DNA of 64,000 nucleotides from Nitrospirales bacterium (GTDB lineage Bacteria; Nitrospirota; Nitrospiria; Nitrospirales; UBA8639): NCBI GenBank assembly GCA_965223295.1, contig CBDCWC010000002.1:192001-256000 (forward strand), given 5' to 3'. Every line of letters begins with the position of its first letter. Positions within the stretch are counted from its first letter, which is position 1. Shown here piece after piece: positions 1 through 10,593 of the stretch. The position numbers and the translations under genes are program-made. Under the pieces are notes generated by a model, which saw only the letters and a list, made by a program, of their open reading frames with translations, had not been told where the DNA came from and made no database searches.

Positions 1-2
1 CG

Positions 3-1292
3 CCAGACTTCGAACCGATCAAAACGGTAGATATCATGGATCCGTATACGGTGAAAATTATTTATAAACGATTGTACTCCCCCGCGATTAATGCGTGGTT
101 TATGGGTATTCTTCCAGAGCATTTGCTCAATGAGGCTGCGTTGACTCGCGAAAAACAACAGCGAGGCTTATCCAAAGAAGCACAAGAAACCTTTGGCATG
201 CGCGACAGTCAATTTAATCGAAAGCCTGTGGGCAGTGGGCGTTTTCAGTTTGTGGAATGGCAGGGAGATGAATTTATTCATCTCAAGCGGTTTGATGACT
301 ATTGGGAAGGGCCTACGCAGTATCGGGATTATTATATGCGGATTATTCCCGAACTGTTTACTCAGGAAGTCGAATTTCGAACCGGAGCAATTGATTTTTA
401 TAGTGCGCTGCCACATCAAGTAGAACGTTATAAAAATGATCCCACATATCAATGGTTTTCGAGTTTGAGCTTTGCCTATAACTATATCGGCTACAACATT
501 CGAAAACCCTTGTTTGCTGAAGCAGACATTCGGAGAGCTTTAGGTATGGCCATCAATGTCGAGGAAATTATTCAATATTTGGTGTACAAAGAAGGCGAAC
601 GCGTGACCGGGCCGTATCCAAAAAATACAGAATGGTATGATCACACCATTCAACCGCTTCCGTACGACCCCGAAGGAGCACAAGCGATTTTTAAACAGTA
701 TGGGTGGGTGATCAATGAAAAGGGATGGTTAGAAAAGGATGGAAAAATTTTCGAGTTCAATTTAATTACGAATAACGGAAATCCTATTCGAAAAAATTTG
801 TTGACCATCGCTCAAAACGCCTGGAAGAAAATTGGGATAAAAGTCAATACTCAGATTTTTGAATGGGCAGTATTTTTGAGTGATTTTGTGAACACCGGGG
901 ACTTTGATGCTGTCGTGTTAGGATGGAGTATGAATCTGAATCCTGATCTGTATCAGATTTGGCATTCGAGTCAGGCGGGTCCTCAGCAATTGAATTTTGT
1001 GGGTTATGAGAGTCAGCGGGCGGATGAACTCATTGTCCGGATTCGACAAGAATATAACCGAGACCGACGACGTGAACTTGCACATGAACTACATCGATTA
1101 ATCCATGAAGATCAACCCTATACATTTTTGTATGGTCCCTTAAGCACACGAGTGTTGGATAAGAAAATTGTCCTGGTGGAACAAGGAGAAGATGGCCAAG
1201 AGCACTACCAAAAGATTTATCCCCTCAAGAGCGGAGACATTAATTTTCATTTTCACAAATGGCGCAAACTGGCATTTACCCCAGATTTTTAG
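3..1292 (+). CDS. Peptide/nickel ABC transporter substrate-binding protein (family 5), 5'-truncated by window edge
   Basis: PVGSGRFQF...LKRFDDYW, IRRALGMAIN, GPYP motifs; frame is open to the window start; followed by permease genes. Confidence 0.92.
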   Translation, partial: PDFEPIKTVDIMDPYTVKIIYKRLYSPAINAWFMGILPEHLLNEAALTREKQQRGLSKEAQETFGMRDSQFNRKPVGSGRFQFVEWQGDEFIHLKRFDDYWEGPTQYRDYYMRIIPELFTQEVEFRTGAIDFYSALPHQVERYKNDPTYQWFSSLSFAYNYIGYNIRKPLFAEADIRRALGMAINVEEIIQYLVYKEGERVTGPYPKNTEWYDHTIQPLPYDPEGAQAIFKQYGWVINEKGWLEKDGKIFEFNLITNNGNPIRKNLLTIAQNAWKKIGIKVNTQIFEWAVFLSDFVNTGDFDAVVLGWSMNLNPDLYQIWHSSQAGPQQLNFVGYESQRADELIVRIRQEYNRDRRRELAHELHRLIHEDQPYTFLYGPLSTRVLDKKIVLVEQGEDGQEHYQKIYPLKSGDINFHFHKWRKLAFTPDF

Positions 1293-1334
1293 AGCATGAA
1301 ACGCATCTAGTGCCTTGTTAGGAGCGAATCGAGG

Positions 1335-2297
1335 ATGTGGAATTTTATTCTTCGGAATATTGGACAACGATTGATTTTACTGATCATTGTGTCCTTCGTC
1401 GCACATTCCTTTATTCATTTGGCCCCTGGGGAGCCTAGCGAGGTTGATCCCATGAATCCCCGGATGAAACCTGAAGACATTGCTAAGATTCGCGCGGCGT
1501 TCCATTTGGATGATCCGCTACATGTGCAGTATGGCTATTGGATTCGGGATCTAGCGTCGGGAGAGTTAAAATCGTTTAAGGATAGTCAGCCAGTTCTTCC
1601 GAAAATTTGGGATCGGTTTCTCAATTCTCTTCCTTTATTTATCTTAGGCACAATTTTAGTGTGGACGCTGGCTTTTCCGACCGGAATTTATGGAGCTGTG
1701 TTTCGAGGTGGAGGCTATGACCGAATTTCGGTGTTTTTGTCCTATGCTCTGATTTCCATTCCACCGTTTTTCTTATCCTATCTGGCGATCATGTGGGTAG
1801 TGGGATGGTTCGGTGTCCCAGTGATTAGCATTAAAACGTTTGGGATGGAGAATGCAGAGCCAGCATATAAAATTATGGATCGCGTATGGCATCTTGTTAT
1901 TCCGTCTATTATGACGGCTATTGGAGGCATTGCCGTGTTGTCCCGATATGTGCGGTCCCAAATGTTAGAGGTCTTAAGCCAGGACTACGTGCGGACGGCT
2001 AGAGCTAAAGGTCTTGAAGAAGACACGGTGATTTACTCGCATGCCCTTGGAAATGCCTTACTCCCATTTGTGACCATGTTTGGTCTTTTACTCCCAGGAC
2101 TCATTGGTGGATCTGTCATCTTTGAGCAGATTTTTGCATGGCCAGGGTTAGGGCGACTGGCGTATGAAGCCATTTTATCGCGGGATTTCCCGGTCATTAT
2201 GACCCTAAATTTTATTGCCGCAGTCTTGACATTAGCGGGCACCTTACTCTCGGATATTCTTTATGCCGTCGTGGATCCAAGAATTCGTTTGCATTAA
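1335..2297 (+). CDS. Peptide ABC transporter permease (DppB/OppB-like)
   Basis: HLAPGEP, RSQMLEVLSQDYVRTARAKGL, DILYAVVDPRIR. Confidence 0.95.
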   Translation: MWNFILRNIGQRLILLIIVSFVAHSFIHLAPGEPSEVDPMNPRMKPEDIAKIRAAFHLDDPLHVQYGYWIRDLASGELKSFKDSQPVLPKIWDRFLNSLPLFILGTILVWTLAFPTGIYGAVFRGGGYDRISVFLSYALISIPPFFLSYLAIMWVVGWFGVPVISIKTFGMENAEPAYKIMDRVWHLVIPSIMTAIGGIAVLSRYVRSQMLEVLSQDYVRTARAKGLEEDTVIYSHALGNALLPFVTMFGLLLPGLIGGSVIFEQIFAWPGLGRLAYEAILSRDFPVIMTLNFIAAVLTLAGTLLSDILYAVVDPRIRLH

Positions 2298-2324
2298 TGG
2301 AGAGTCATTGAAAGCTAGGTATTC

Positions 2325-3317
2325 ATGAGCAGCCCTCAATCATCGGCTTTGAGCCAAGAGCCTAGGCTTTCGCTTGATCCAGAAGCTATGGCTCCTCCGG
2401 AAACTCCATGGCAGGAGTTTCTTCGTATCTTTAAAAAGGATTACCAGGCATTCTTTGGATTCTGGATCTTGATCGTGTTGTTGTTGACGGCATTTGTCGG
2501 GAAAGCCCTGACCGAATGGTGGGTGGTGTTTGATCCGGAGGTTGTCCGGCTAACCGATAAGTTTCTTCCTCCTTTTTCAGTGCCGTCAGCCGATAGTCTT
2601 TCGAGTGATCGACCGTTTGGTGGAGTGTATCTCATGGGAACTGATGAGCTAGGACGAGATGTGTTTGCTCGAATGTTCCAAGGGTCTTTTGTGTCGTTGT
2701 CAGTTGGTTTTGTAGCGGTAGGGATATCTCTAACCATTGGAATCCTGTTGGGAGGGTTAGCTGGATATTATGGTCAGGTCACGTTGGGTTTTATCACGGT
2801 CGATACACTCATCATGCGTTTCACCGACGCCATGATGTGTTTCCCAGTTTTTTTCCTTATCCTAACGGCTATAGCGTTAAGTACACCAAGTATTTTCACC
2901 ATTATGGTTATCATCGGGATTTTTGGTTGGATGGGGACGGCACGTTTTGTCCGTGCGGAATTTTTGTCGATTCGAGAATTAGACTATGTGACCGCTGCAA
3001 AGGCATTGGGAATTTCGGAAGGCCGGATTATTTTTCGCCATATGGTACCGAATGCCCTCGCGCCTGTTTTTGTCTCGGCGACGTTAGGTGTGGCCTCAGC
3101 TATTCTGACAGAGTCCAGTTTGAGTTTTTTAGGTTTTGGCGTCCCGCCGCCTTATGCGACATGGGGCAATATTCTGTCGGATGGGAAAGGATTTATTTTT
3201 GACGCGCCGTGGCTCTTTTTTATTCCCGGCCTGGCCATCTTTGTCGTGGTGCTGGCATTTAATCTTGTGGGTGAGGGGTTACGTGAAGCTCTTAATCCTA
3301 AATTGAGAAGTCGCTAA
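2325..3317 (+). CDS. Peptide ABC transporter permease (DppC/OppC-like)
   Basis: GTDELGRDVFAR, ESSLSFLGFG, NLVGEGLREALNPK. Confidence 0.95.
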   Translation: MSSPQSSALSQEPRLSLDPEAMAPPETPWQEFLRIFKKDYQAFFGFWILIVLLLTAFVGKALTEWWVVFDPEVVRLTDKFLPPFSVPSADSLSSDRPFGGVYLMGTDELGRDVFARMFQGSFVSLSVGFVAVGISLTIGILLGGLAGYYGQVTLGFITVDTLIMRFTDAMMCFPVFFLILTAIALSTPSIFTIMVIIGIFGWMGTARFVRAEFLSIRELDYVTAAKALGISEGRIIFRHMVPNALAPVFVSATLGVASAILTESSLSFLGFGVPPPYATWGNILSDGKGFIFDAPWLFFIPGLAIFVVVLAFNLVGEGLREALNPKLRSR

Positions 3318-4298
3318 ATGGAATCCAAAGTCCATCCTTTGTTACAAGTCGAAAATCTTCGGACATCGTTTTTTACCGATAAGGGCGAAATTAAAGCCGT
3401 GGATGACGTAAGTTTTGTGCTTCAGAGCGGACGAACGCTAGCTTTAGTAGGGGAGTCGGGTTGCGGCAAGTCGGTCACGGCTTTATCGGTCATGCGATTA
3501 CTGTCCTCGCCTGGGCGTGTGGTTGGCGGGACCATAAATTTTCAGGGACGAGATCTGCTGAGTCTGCCTGAGTCAGCGATGCGTCAGATACGAGGTAAGT
3601 CTATTGCCATGGTGTTTCAAGAGCCAATGACATCTTTGAATCCGGTGATGCGAATTGGTGATCAGGTTGGGGAAGTCTTGAGTATTCATACCGATTTGTC
3701 GAGTCGTGCAATTAGGCAAGAAGTCATTAGTCTTTTGGAGAAAGTGCGCATTGCCTCGCCAGAGGACCGAATCGATCAATATCCTCACGAAATGTCTGGT
3801 GGTATGAAGCAACGGGTCATGATTGCCATGGCTTTAGCCTGCAAGCCGGACTTGTTAATCGCCGATGAACCCACCACAGCGTTAGATGTGACGATTCAAG
3901 CACAAATTCTTGAGTTGTTGGCAGACCTGCAAAAAGATTTAGGCATGGCTATTTTGCTCATCACGCATAATCTTGGAGTGGTAGCGCAATTTGCACAAGA
4001 GGTGATTGTGATGTATGCCAGTAAAATCGCCGAACGGGCAGAGGTTCAAAGGCTTTTTCAGCAACCGAGTCATCCCTATACGCGTGCGCTCTTAAAATCG
4101 TTGCCGCGTCCTGGGGAACGACAGGAGCGGTTGGAAGCTATTCCAGGCACGGTCCCGTCACCTTTGCAATATCCTCAAGGATGCCATTTTTCATCACGAT
4201 GCAGCGAAGTCTTGGATCATTGTCCCACTCAGCCTCCCCCAAGGATTCAAGTGGGTGAGGCACATGAAGCTGTTTGTTGGCTGCATGAAACAAAATGA
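3318..4298 (+). CDS. Peptide ABC transporter ATP-binding protein (DppD/OppD-like)
   Basis: Walker [25 protein letters not shown]-terminal HPYT and Cys motif. Confidence 0.95.
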   Translation: MESKVHPLLQVENLRTSFFTDKGEIKAVDDVSFVLQSGRTLALVGESGCGKSVTALSVMRLLSSPGRVVGGTINFQGRDLLSLPESAMRQIRGKSIAMVFQEPMTSLNPVMRIGDQVGEVLSIHTDLSSRAIRQEVISLLEKVRIASPEDRIDQYPHEMSGGMKQRVMIAMALACKPDLLIADEPTTALDVTIQAQILELLADLQKDLGMAILLITHNLGVVAQFAQEVIVMYASKIAERAEVQRLFQQPSHPYTRALLKSLPRPGERQERLEAIPGTVPSPLQYPQGCHFSSRCSEVLDHCPTQPPPRIQVGEAHEAVCWLHETK

Positions 4299-4406
4299 AT
4301 ATGTGGTTAATCGTTTCCTCTTATCCCTTCGAGGAAGAGGAAGGATAAAAACTAGATCGAAAAGTTTTCTCGAACCTTCTCGAACCGTAGAGATCGCTAA
4401 GCATTC

Positions 4407-5393
4407 ATGACACAATCCTCATCTCCACTTCTTCAAGTCACTGGACTTAAGAAATATTTCCCTGTGCGAAGTGGAATTTTTTCGAGAGTCTCAGCTTGGG
4501 TTAAGGCGGTTGATGATATTACTCTGCATGTAAATCACGGCGAAACACTAGGGTTGGTTGGCGAGTCGGGTTGCGGTAAAACAACAGTTGGCCGTTCCAT
4601 TCTTCGGCTCATGGAACCGACTGCTGGGGAAATCACATTTGAAGGAGAAGATGTTTTGGCTCTCAAGCCGCGGGAGTTGAGACAAGCCCGGCGGCGAATG
4701 CAAATCATCTTTCAAGATCCGTATAGTTCGCTTAATCCCCGGATGACGATTGGGGCAATTGTTTCAGAGCCGCTGGTCATTCACAAAATTGCCAAAGGGG
4801 AAGAATTGCAGGAACGGGTCAATCAATTGTTTGTAAAGGTTGGGCTTCGGCCGGAGCATCAAACCCGCTATCCTCATGAATTTTCTGGCGGACAGCGTCA
4901 ACGGGTAGGGATCGCTCGTGCGTTAGCCCTTAATCCGAAGTTTATTGTGTGCGATGAAGCGGTGTCAGCGTTGGACGTTTCTATTCAAGCCCAAATATTG
5001 AACCTGCTTCGTGATCTCCAGCAAGAATTTTCCTTGTCCTATCTTTTTATTACGCATGATCTGAATGTGGTGCAATATTTAGCCGATCGAATTGCCGTGA
5101 TGTATTTGGGACAATTGGCAGAGATCGCTCCCACAGAAGATCTCTTTACAATGCCCAAACATCCCTACACCCAAGCACTGTTATCGGCTAATCCTGTGCC
5201 GGATCCGACAGCCGTGTCCAAAAGAACGATTCTTTCCGGCGATGTCCCGTCCCCATTAAATCCTCCCAATGGCTGCCGTTTTCATCCCCGGTGCCCCGAA
5301 GTCATGGATATCTGCAAAACCACCAATCCGCCCCTCATCACCATAGGTCCACAAGATCGAGGGCACCAAGTTTGGTGCCATCTGCATTTCTGA
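4407..5393 (+). CDS. Peptide ABC transporter ATP-binding protein (DppF/OppF-like)
   Basis: [30 protein letters not shown]. Confidence 0.95.
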   Translation: MTQSSSPLLQVTGLKKYFPVRSGIFSRVSAWVKAVDDITLHVNHGETLGLVGESGCGKTTVGRSILRLMEPTAGEITFEGEDVLALKPRELRQARRRMQIIFQDPYSSLNPRMTIGAIVSEPLVIHKIAKGEELQERVNQLFVKVGLRPEHQTRYPHEFSGGQRQRVGIARALALNPKFIVCDEAVSALDVSIQAQILNLLRDLQQEFSLSYLFITHDLNVVQYLADRIAVMYLGQLAEIAPTEDLFTMPKHPYTQALLSANPVPDPTAVSKRTILSGDVPSPLNPPNGCRFHPRCPEVMDICKTTNPPLITIGPQDRGHQVWCHLHF

Positions 5394-5410
5394 ATATAAC
5401 AATATTATAA

Positions 5411-5478
5411 GGGGTCAGACTCGAATTAATGCTCTCAGAAACCATATTTATTTATGGATTTAATTCGAGTCTGACCCC
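5411..5478. repeat. Palindromic repeat family C, copy 1
   Basis: 18-bp inverted repeat GGGGTCAGACTCGAATTA...TAATTCGAGTCTGACCCC. Confidence 0.9.
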
Positions 5479-5565
5479 TAAAATGTGGTTGCGAGGGTGC
5501 GGAATTGGCCCGTATAATCATCATCTTTGACGCATTATTCTTTATTTTCAAGATTGGACCTTTGT

Positions 5566-6834
5566 ATGAGTACTGAGACGGTGGAAAAAGATTCAAAAAA
5601 TTATCCGGTCCTGAGAAATTTGCAGTATTCGCCTCTGAAGCAAGGGGAAGAGCAATATATTGTGTTGTGGGACCCAACCGGTTTGTCCGCTGAAAAGCTT
5701 GTCTTGCCGCTGAACTACTTTTATCTGTTTCAATTTTTTGATGGAGAGCATTCTTTAGAACAGGTCGGCGGGGAATACCTGAAGAAATATGGTGAATTCA
5801 TGATGCCTGATCATCTCACCAAATTGGTGGCAGATTTGGATGAGAAGTTATTCTTGGAAGGTGATCGGCTCAAGCGGGTTCAGCAGCAGGCATTTGAGGC
5901 CTATCGAAAACTGGAAGTGAGGCCGATGGCCTTTGCTGGGAAACAATATGAAGCGGATCCAGTCAAATTGCGCGAACAGATTGACGAATTTTATGCCTCC
6001 AAGGAAGGGCCGGAAAAGGGAAAAGCAGAATGTGCGGGACAGTTGATCAAAGGCTTAGTGGCTCCCAATTTTGATGTAAAGGAGGCGGGGCCTATCTATG
6101 CTTGGGGATATCAAGAATTACAGGAGGGTCAGGTTCCGGATGTGTTTGTGATGATCGGTACCTGCCACGCTGGGCTTGAAGGGGGCATCGCCTTGACGGA
6201 TAAGGATTTTGAAACGCCGTTTGGAATGGTGCCAGTGAATCGAGCGATTCTGGATTCCATTCGGCAAGAAGCTGGTGATACGTTTTTTGCTGAAGATATC
6301 TCGCATCTTCGGGAGCATAGCTTGGAATTACAGTTGCCGTTTCTTCAGCATGCCGTTGGCGAAGGACGGGATATTTCTATTGTACCGATTCTTGTCGATT
6401 TTCCACCCGAGACATTAACTGGTGGGGACTATCAACAGCTTTTTCATCGAATCGATCAATTTTTGACTATCACCAAGCGCGCTATCAAAACCAGTGGTCA
6501 ACAAGTTTGTGTGGTTGGTAGTGCTGACCTGGCGCATATCGGTATTCGGTATGGCGATAAAACGCCACCCACAGATTTTTCCTTTCATCGTTGTATGCAG
6601 ATTGATCTAGAAATGTTGAAGAAAGTTGAAGAGGTTGATCCCGAAGGGTTTGCGGAGTTTATTCTGAAGGAAGGGAATCAACGCCGGATCTTAGGGTTTT
6701 CGGTTATATTTACGTTGATGAAACTATTGCAGCGGGATAGTGAACCTCTCAAGGGGCAGGTGTTACGGTATGATCGAGGTATCACAGATCAGTTTAATTC
6801 AACGGTGACGTATGCTTCTATCGCGTTTGTCTGA
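5566..6834 (+). CDS. amrB: MEMO1-family protein (AmmeMemoRadiSam system protein B) with N-terminal extension
   Basis: GTCH, EHSLELQLPFLQ, SADLAHIG, TYASIAF; start placed at ATG 5566. Confidence 0.85.
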   Translation: MSTETVEKDSKNYPVLRNLQYSPLKQGEEQYIVLWDPTGLSAEKLVLPLNYFYLFQFFDGEHSLEQVGGEYLKKYGEFMMPDHLTKLVADLDEKLFLEGDRLKRVQQQAFEAYRKLEVRPMAFAGKQYEADPVKLREQIDEFYASKEGPEKGKAECAGQLIKGLVAPNFDVKEAGPIYAWGYQELQEGQVPDVFVMIGTCHAGLEGGIALTDKDFETPFGMVPVNRAILDSIRQEAGDTFFAEDISHLREHSLELQLPFLQHAVGEGRDISIVPILVDFPPETLTGGDYQQLFHRIDQFLTITKRAIKTSGQQVCVVGSADLAHIGIRYGDKTPPTDFSFHRCMQIDLEMLKKVEEVDPEGFAEFILKEGNQRRILGFSVIFTLMKLLQRDSEPLKGQVLRYDRGITDQFNSTVTYASIAFV

Positions 6835-7022
6835 GAAATGTATTGAACGACTTTCTCGTCTTGTTTTTGGCAGGAGGGGGCACCGTCAAAATTCCTGGCT
6901 GCGAAGGCAGGCAGGCATTTTCAAAACGCGCAAGATGGAGACCCGATAGAAAATGTCAAGGTTGACTAAAGAGAACTTCCTGACTTTTTCGTCTTTCTTA
7001 CTTGATCCTTTGTTACTTTGAG

Positions 7023-7556
7023 CTATTCCTCAGCGCGAATCGTCATTCTTACAGGGTCTAAGGGATTGTCTCGTTCATCCCGAGGCCCGGCGACGATCTG
7101 ATCGACTACATCCATCCCTTTAACGACCCTGCCAAAGACCGAATAAGTACGGTCAAGGCTGCCCTGATCTTCCACACAAATAAAAAATTGTGAGCCACTA
7201 TCAGCAATGTCTCGCGTGGAATCTTCCGAGCGAGGTACTTTGGCCATGGATACCGCGCCTCGGCGGTGGGGTCGATCACTGGTTTCTGGCGGGAGGCTAA
7301 ATCCAGGTCCTCCTGTGCCATGTAGACTCCGGTTTGGATTTTTACTCTGTGGGTCTCCGCCCTGGATAAGGAATCCGGGGATGACCCGGTGAAACGACTG
7401 GCCATCAAAAAATTTCAATCTAGCAAGATTCAAAAAGTTCTCGACATGACGTGGGGCATCGTCCGTAAAAAATCGGATCTCAATGTCTCCCAATGATGTG
7501 GAAATCACCGCTTTGGGATTTTTCTTTTGGAATTGTACTGCAGGTGGCGTTGACAC
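7023..7556 (-). CDS. Cyclophilin-type peptidyl-prolyl cis-trans isomerase
   Basis: FHRVIPGFLIQGGDP, GSQFFI, YSVFGRV; probable GTG start at 7556 rather than 7733. Confidence 0.9.
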   Translation of the reverse strand: MSTPPAVQFQKKNPKAVISTSLGDIEIRFFTDDAPRHVENFLNLARLKFFDGQSFHRVIPGFLIQGGDPQSKNPNRSLHGTGGPGFSLPPETSDRPHRRGAVSMAKVPRSEDSTRDIADSGSQFFICVEDQGSLDRTYSVFGRVVKGMDVVDQIVAGPRDERDNPLDPVRMTIRAEE

Positions 7557-8231
7557 AGCCCCGCACTCTACCAAGCTCCTGTAACGGGCATCAACCCTTG
7601 TATGGTACAGGTTGGGATGAGTCTTGACACAAGGATTTGTCACTAAGAGACCTTGTATTTTTTGAGGAAAGTATGGGGTGGAATGAGATTTTGATCGTAT
7701 TGCATAGAGACCGTAACGTGATTGTTCAGGCACGAAATGTCAGTTTCTTTGAGAAACCGAATGGTTGGAGGATTTTTCTTCTTGCTGTCCGGTTTTTGAT
7801 TGTATCTATGACAGTTGCCGAAAGACTGTCGGGTTATGAGGTCGTCAATTTCCAGTAAGTTGTTAGTTTGTATGATTTTGACATGTGTGGTGGTCCTATT
7901 CTTTATGAAATCCACACCTTATTTTGAAGCAAGAATAAATTTGAAAAATTGGATAAAGTTTTTTGGGTACTTTCCGATCATTACTCTTTAAGCGAGTCGA
8001 AGAATGTTTCCATAAAACCCCCTCGATGTTGAGTGAAATTATATGCGGAGAGGGTAGGAAGCATTCTCATGCGTTGTTCTAAGATGTTTTACTATTTGAA
8101 AGTATGGGACTTCTTGTATTCAGTGGGTTGGGCTCAGAGGCTAGCGATAACTTGAATAGAGTCGTTCCCGTGTTTAGCCACCGTTTTATGAAGAGAAAGT
8201 GTATGAGTTTGTAAACCGTTCATCTCGAAGG

Positions 8232-8321
8232 TTCCTTCTCGAAATGGCAAACCCATCGTGAGGTGGGGACGCAAAGCCACGGGTCAAATTTTTTGATAGC
8301 CGGGTTGCCGAAAGTAAGGAA
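8232..8321 (+). ncRNA. c-di-GMP-I (GEMM-I) riboswitch
   Basis: GGCAAAC-CCATC-GTGA-GGTGG-GGACGCAAAGCCACGGGTC...GATAGCCGGGTTGCCG matches the GEMM-I pattern; enclosed by TTCCTT/AAGGAA; about 55 nt upstream of a CDS. Confidence 0.92.
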
Positions 8322-8374
8322 TGCGTTCTGTTGTTTGATGGAGCCTTCGCCTCGATGTCATAAAGGAGGGTTCC

Positions 8375-9910
8375 ATGAAATCGATTTCTTGCCTGCTAAA
8401 AACCACCAGCCTTTTTATATTTGGTTGCTATATAACCTTACTTGCGGCCAATCCAGTTCTTGGAGAAACTTCCGTGAAGCTTAACTGGGACCCTAATCAA
8501 GAAAGTGATCTAGCAGGCTATGAAGTATTTCGAGGGACCACGTCAGGTCAGTATGGTGCGCCTCAAGATGTGGGGCTAAAAACAGAGTTTATCACCTCAA
8601 ATCTTGATCCTGCCAAGATACATTATTTTGTCGTACGGGCCTATGATCAGGCTGGGAATAAGAGTGTGCCATCGGATGAGGTATTTAAATCGTTCTTTCA
8701 AAATGGTGGGGGAACAGGCGGTTCCTTTCCTCCGCCGATGGCTGAGCCTGCACCAGGCACGACGTTGACCAGTACGTCGATAACCTTTAAGGGAGGTCAT
8801 ACAAGTCAGGATTTAGAACACTGGCTTTGGGTCGGTTCCAGTGTAGGCACGAAAGATCTCCATAACAGTGGGTCAATGGGTACCGGGCACACCAGGACAG
8901 TTTCCGGGCTTCCGAAGAGTGGTTCAATTTATGTTCAGTGGTGGACTCGCAACAGCAGTGGATGGAAACTATCAAACCACACCTACAAAATGAATGTTGC
9001 CAGTAGTGGTGGGGGCGGCGGTACGATATCCTTCCCGCCACCGATGGCCGAACCTGTGCCTGGCTCGACGTTAACCAGTACCTCAGTGACGTTTGTGGGT
9101 GGTCATACTAGTCAGGATACTGCGCACTGGCTTGATATAGGCACCCATGTGGGGGGTAACGACCTCCACAACAGTGGCCAGCTGAGCAGCACAACCCATA
9201 CTTCGAAAGTGTCTGGGCTTCCAAAGAGTGGGACAATTTATGTCCGGTGGTGGAGTCTCAATAGTAGCGGTTGGAAGAACCAGGATCACACCTACAAAAT
9301 GAATGTTGCCGGGGGCGGCGGTACGATATCCTTTCCGCCACCGATGGCCGAACCTGTGCCGGGAACGACGTTGACCAGTACCTCAGTGACCTTTAAGGGC
9401 AATCATTCAAGCCAGGACTTGGAACATTGGCTATACGTGGGGACCGGTGTCGGCGCGAAGAATCTTTATAACAGTAAATCGATGGGCACCGGCCATACGA
9501 AGACGGTTTCTGGGCTTCCCAAGAGTGGGACAATTTATGTTCGATGGTGGAGTCGCAACAGTAGCGGCTGGAAGAGCCAGGACCATAGCTATACAATGAA
9601 TGTCGCTGGGGGCGGCGGTACGATATCCTTTCCGCCACCGATGGCCGAACCTGTCCCGGGCTCGACGTTAACCAGTACCTCAGTGACCTTTAAGGGCAAT
9701 CATTCAAGCCAGGACTTGGAACATTGGCTATACGTGGGGACCGGTGTCGGCGCGAAGAATCTTTATAACAGTAAATCGATGGGCACCGGCCATACGAAGA
9801 CGGTTTCTGGGCTTCCCAAGAGTGGGACAATTTATGTTCGATGGTGGAGTCGCAATAGTAGCGGCTGGAAGAGCCAGGACCATACGTACAAGATGAATGT
9901 TGGGAACTAG
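8375..9910 (+). CDS. Secreted protein: signal peptide, fibronectin type III domain and four ~100-aa beta-rich repeats
   Basis: LNWDPNQESDLAGY...YFVVRAYDQAGNKS (FN3); four SFPPPMAEPxPG...YxMNV repeats; AGGAGG RBS. Confidence 0.88.
   Translation: MKSISCLLKTTSLFIFGCYITLLAANPVLGETSVKLNWDPNQESDLAGYEVFRGTTSGQYGAPQDVGLKTEFITSNLDPAKIHYFVVRAYDQAGNKSVPSDEVFKSFFQNGGGTGGSFPPPMAEPAPGTTLTSTSITFKGGHTSQDLEHWLWVGSSVGTKDLHNSGSMGTGHTRTVSGLPKSGSIYVQWWTRNSSGWKLSNHTYKMNVASSGGGGGTISFPPPMAEPVPGSTLTSTSVTFVGGHTSQDTAHWLDIGTHVGGNDLHNSGQLSSTTHTSKVSGLPKSGTIYVRWWSLNSSGWKNQDHTYKMNVAGGGGTISFPPPMAEPVPGTTLTSTSVTFKGNHSSQDLEHWLYVGTGVGAKNLYNSKSMGTGHTKTVSGLPKSGTIYVRWWSRNSSGWKSQDHSYTMNVAGGGGTISFPPPMAEPVPGSTLTSTSVTFKGNHSSQDLEHWLYVGTGVGAKNLYNSKSMGTGHTKTVSGLPKSGTIYVRWWSRNSSGWKSQDHTYKMNVGN
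8718..9904 (+). repeat. Intragenic tandem repeat, 4 units of ~297-300 bp
   Basis: Units start near 8718, 9014, 9314 and 9611; units 3 and 4 are nearly identical in DNA. Confidence 0.92.
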
Positions 9911-10006
9911 AAAGAAATATTTAAAAAGCATTCGGTCTGAAGTTTTCTTGGAATTAGCAATGAGGTATGATCTCAGAGGCTGAAGAAGAAAGAGTTTGAG
10001 TTTCGG

Positions 10007-10031
10007 TAGCCCCGCCCTTTGGGCGGGGCTA
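10007..10031 (+). terminator. GC-rich hairpin downstream of the repeat-protein gene
   Basis: TAGCCCCGCCC-TTT-GGGCGGGGCTA followed shortly by TTTT. Confidence 0.55.
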
Positions 10032-10593
10032 TACCCGTTTTCAAGTTAGTAAAATTGTCAAATCGCAGTGCGTAGGTCTGGGTATACGGTAGTGGTCTTT
10101 CAAGTGCTTTCTTGCCTAGGGACCTTGCCCCCCGGTTAGGTCTCCAAATTTCCAAGATCCCACAAAGTTGAACTGTTACCTAATGTCGTTTTAGTCCCGG
10201 TGATGCGACATGGATCTGATATATCTCAAGTCACCAAAACATGCCTCTCACTGATGTAGGTCACTGCAATCTCCAACTTCCAACATCAGAGGAAAGAAGG
10301 TATTCTCATGGATGGGAACCAAATTCTTATGGTTGTCATGATTGAGATCTGAGAGCTATTAAAAAAATAGATCATAACAGTTTCGTCGGACAGCATTGCC
10401 AAAAAAACGGATTTCACTGTCCTCGTGTGATCTGAAAAATGTTCGGTTTGGGAGTCTTCTTCTGAAATTCTGGCGCGCCCATGAAAAGACATTCTGCTGA
10501 ACGCCTTCAAAGGGGATCAGTCCTAGAAAAATCAAGAAAAGTAGCAAGCAGCATGTTGAGAAAGAATGTAGACTCAGCCACAAAATTAGCAGG

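Noticed and set aside
5411-5478. Family C palindromes as integron attC sites
   Set aside because: They lack RYYYAAC/GTTRRRY ends, and no integrase is present.
8718-9904. Tandem repeats as a CRISPR array or DGR template/variable repeat
   Set aside because: The units are ~300-bp coding repeats without spacers; differences are not adenine-specific; no cas or reverse transcriptase gene is present.
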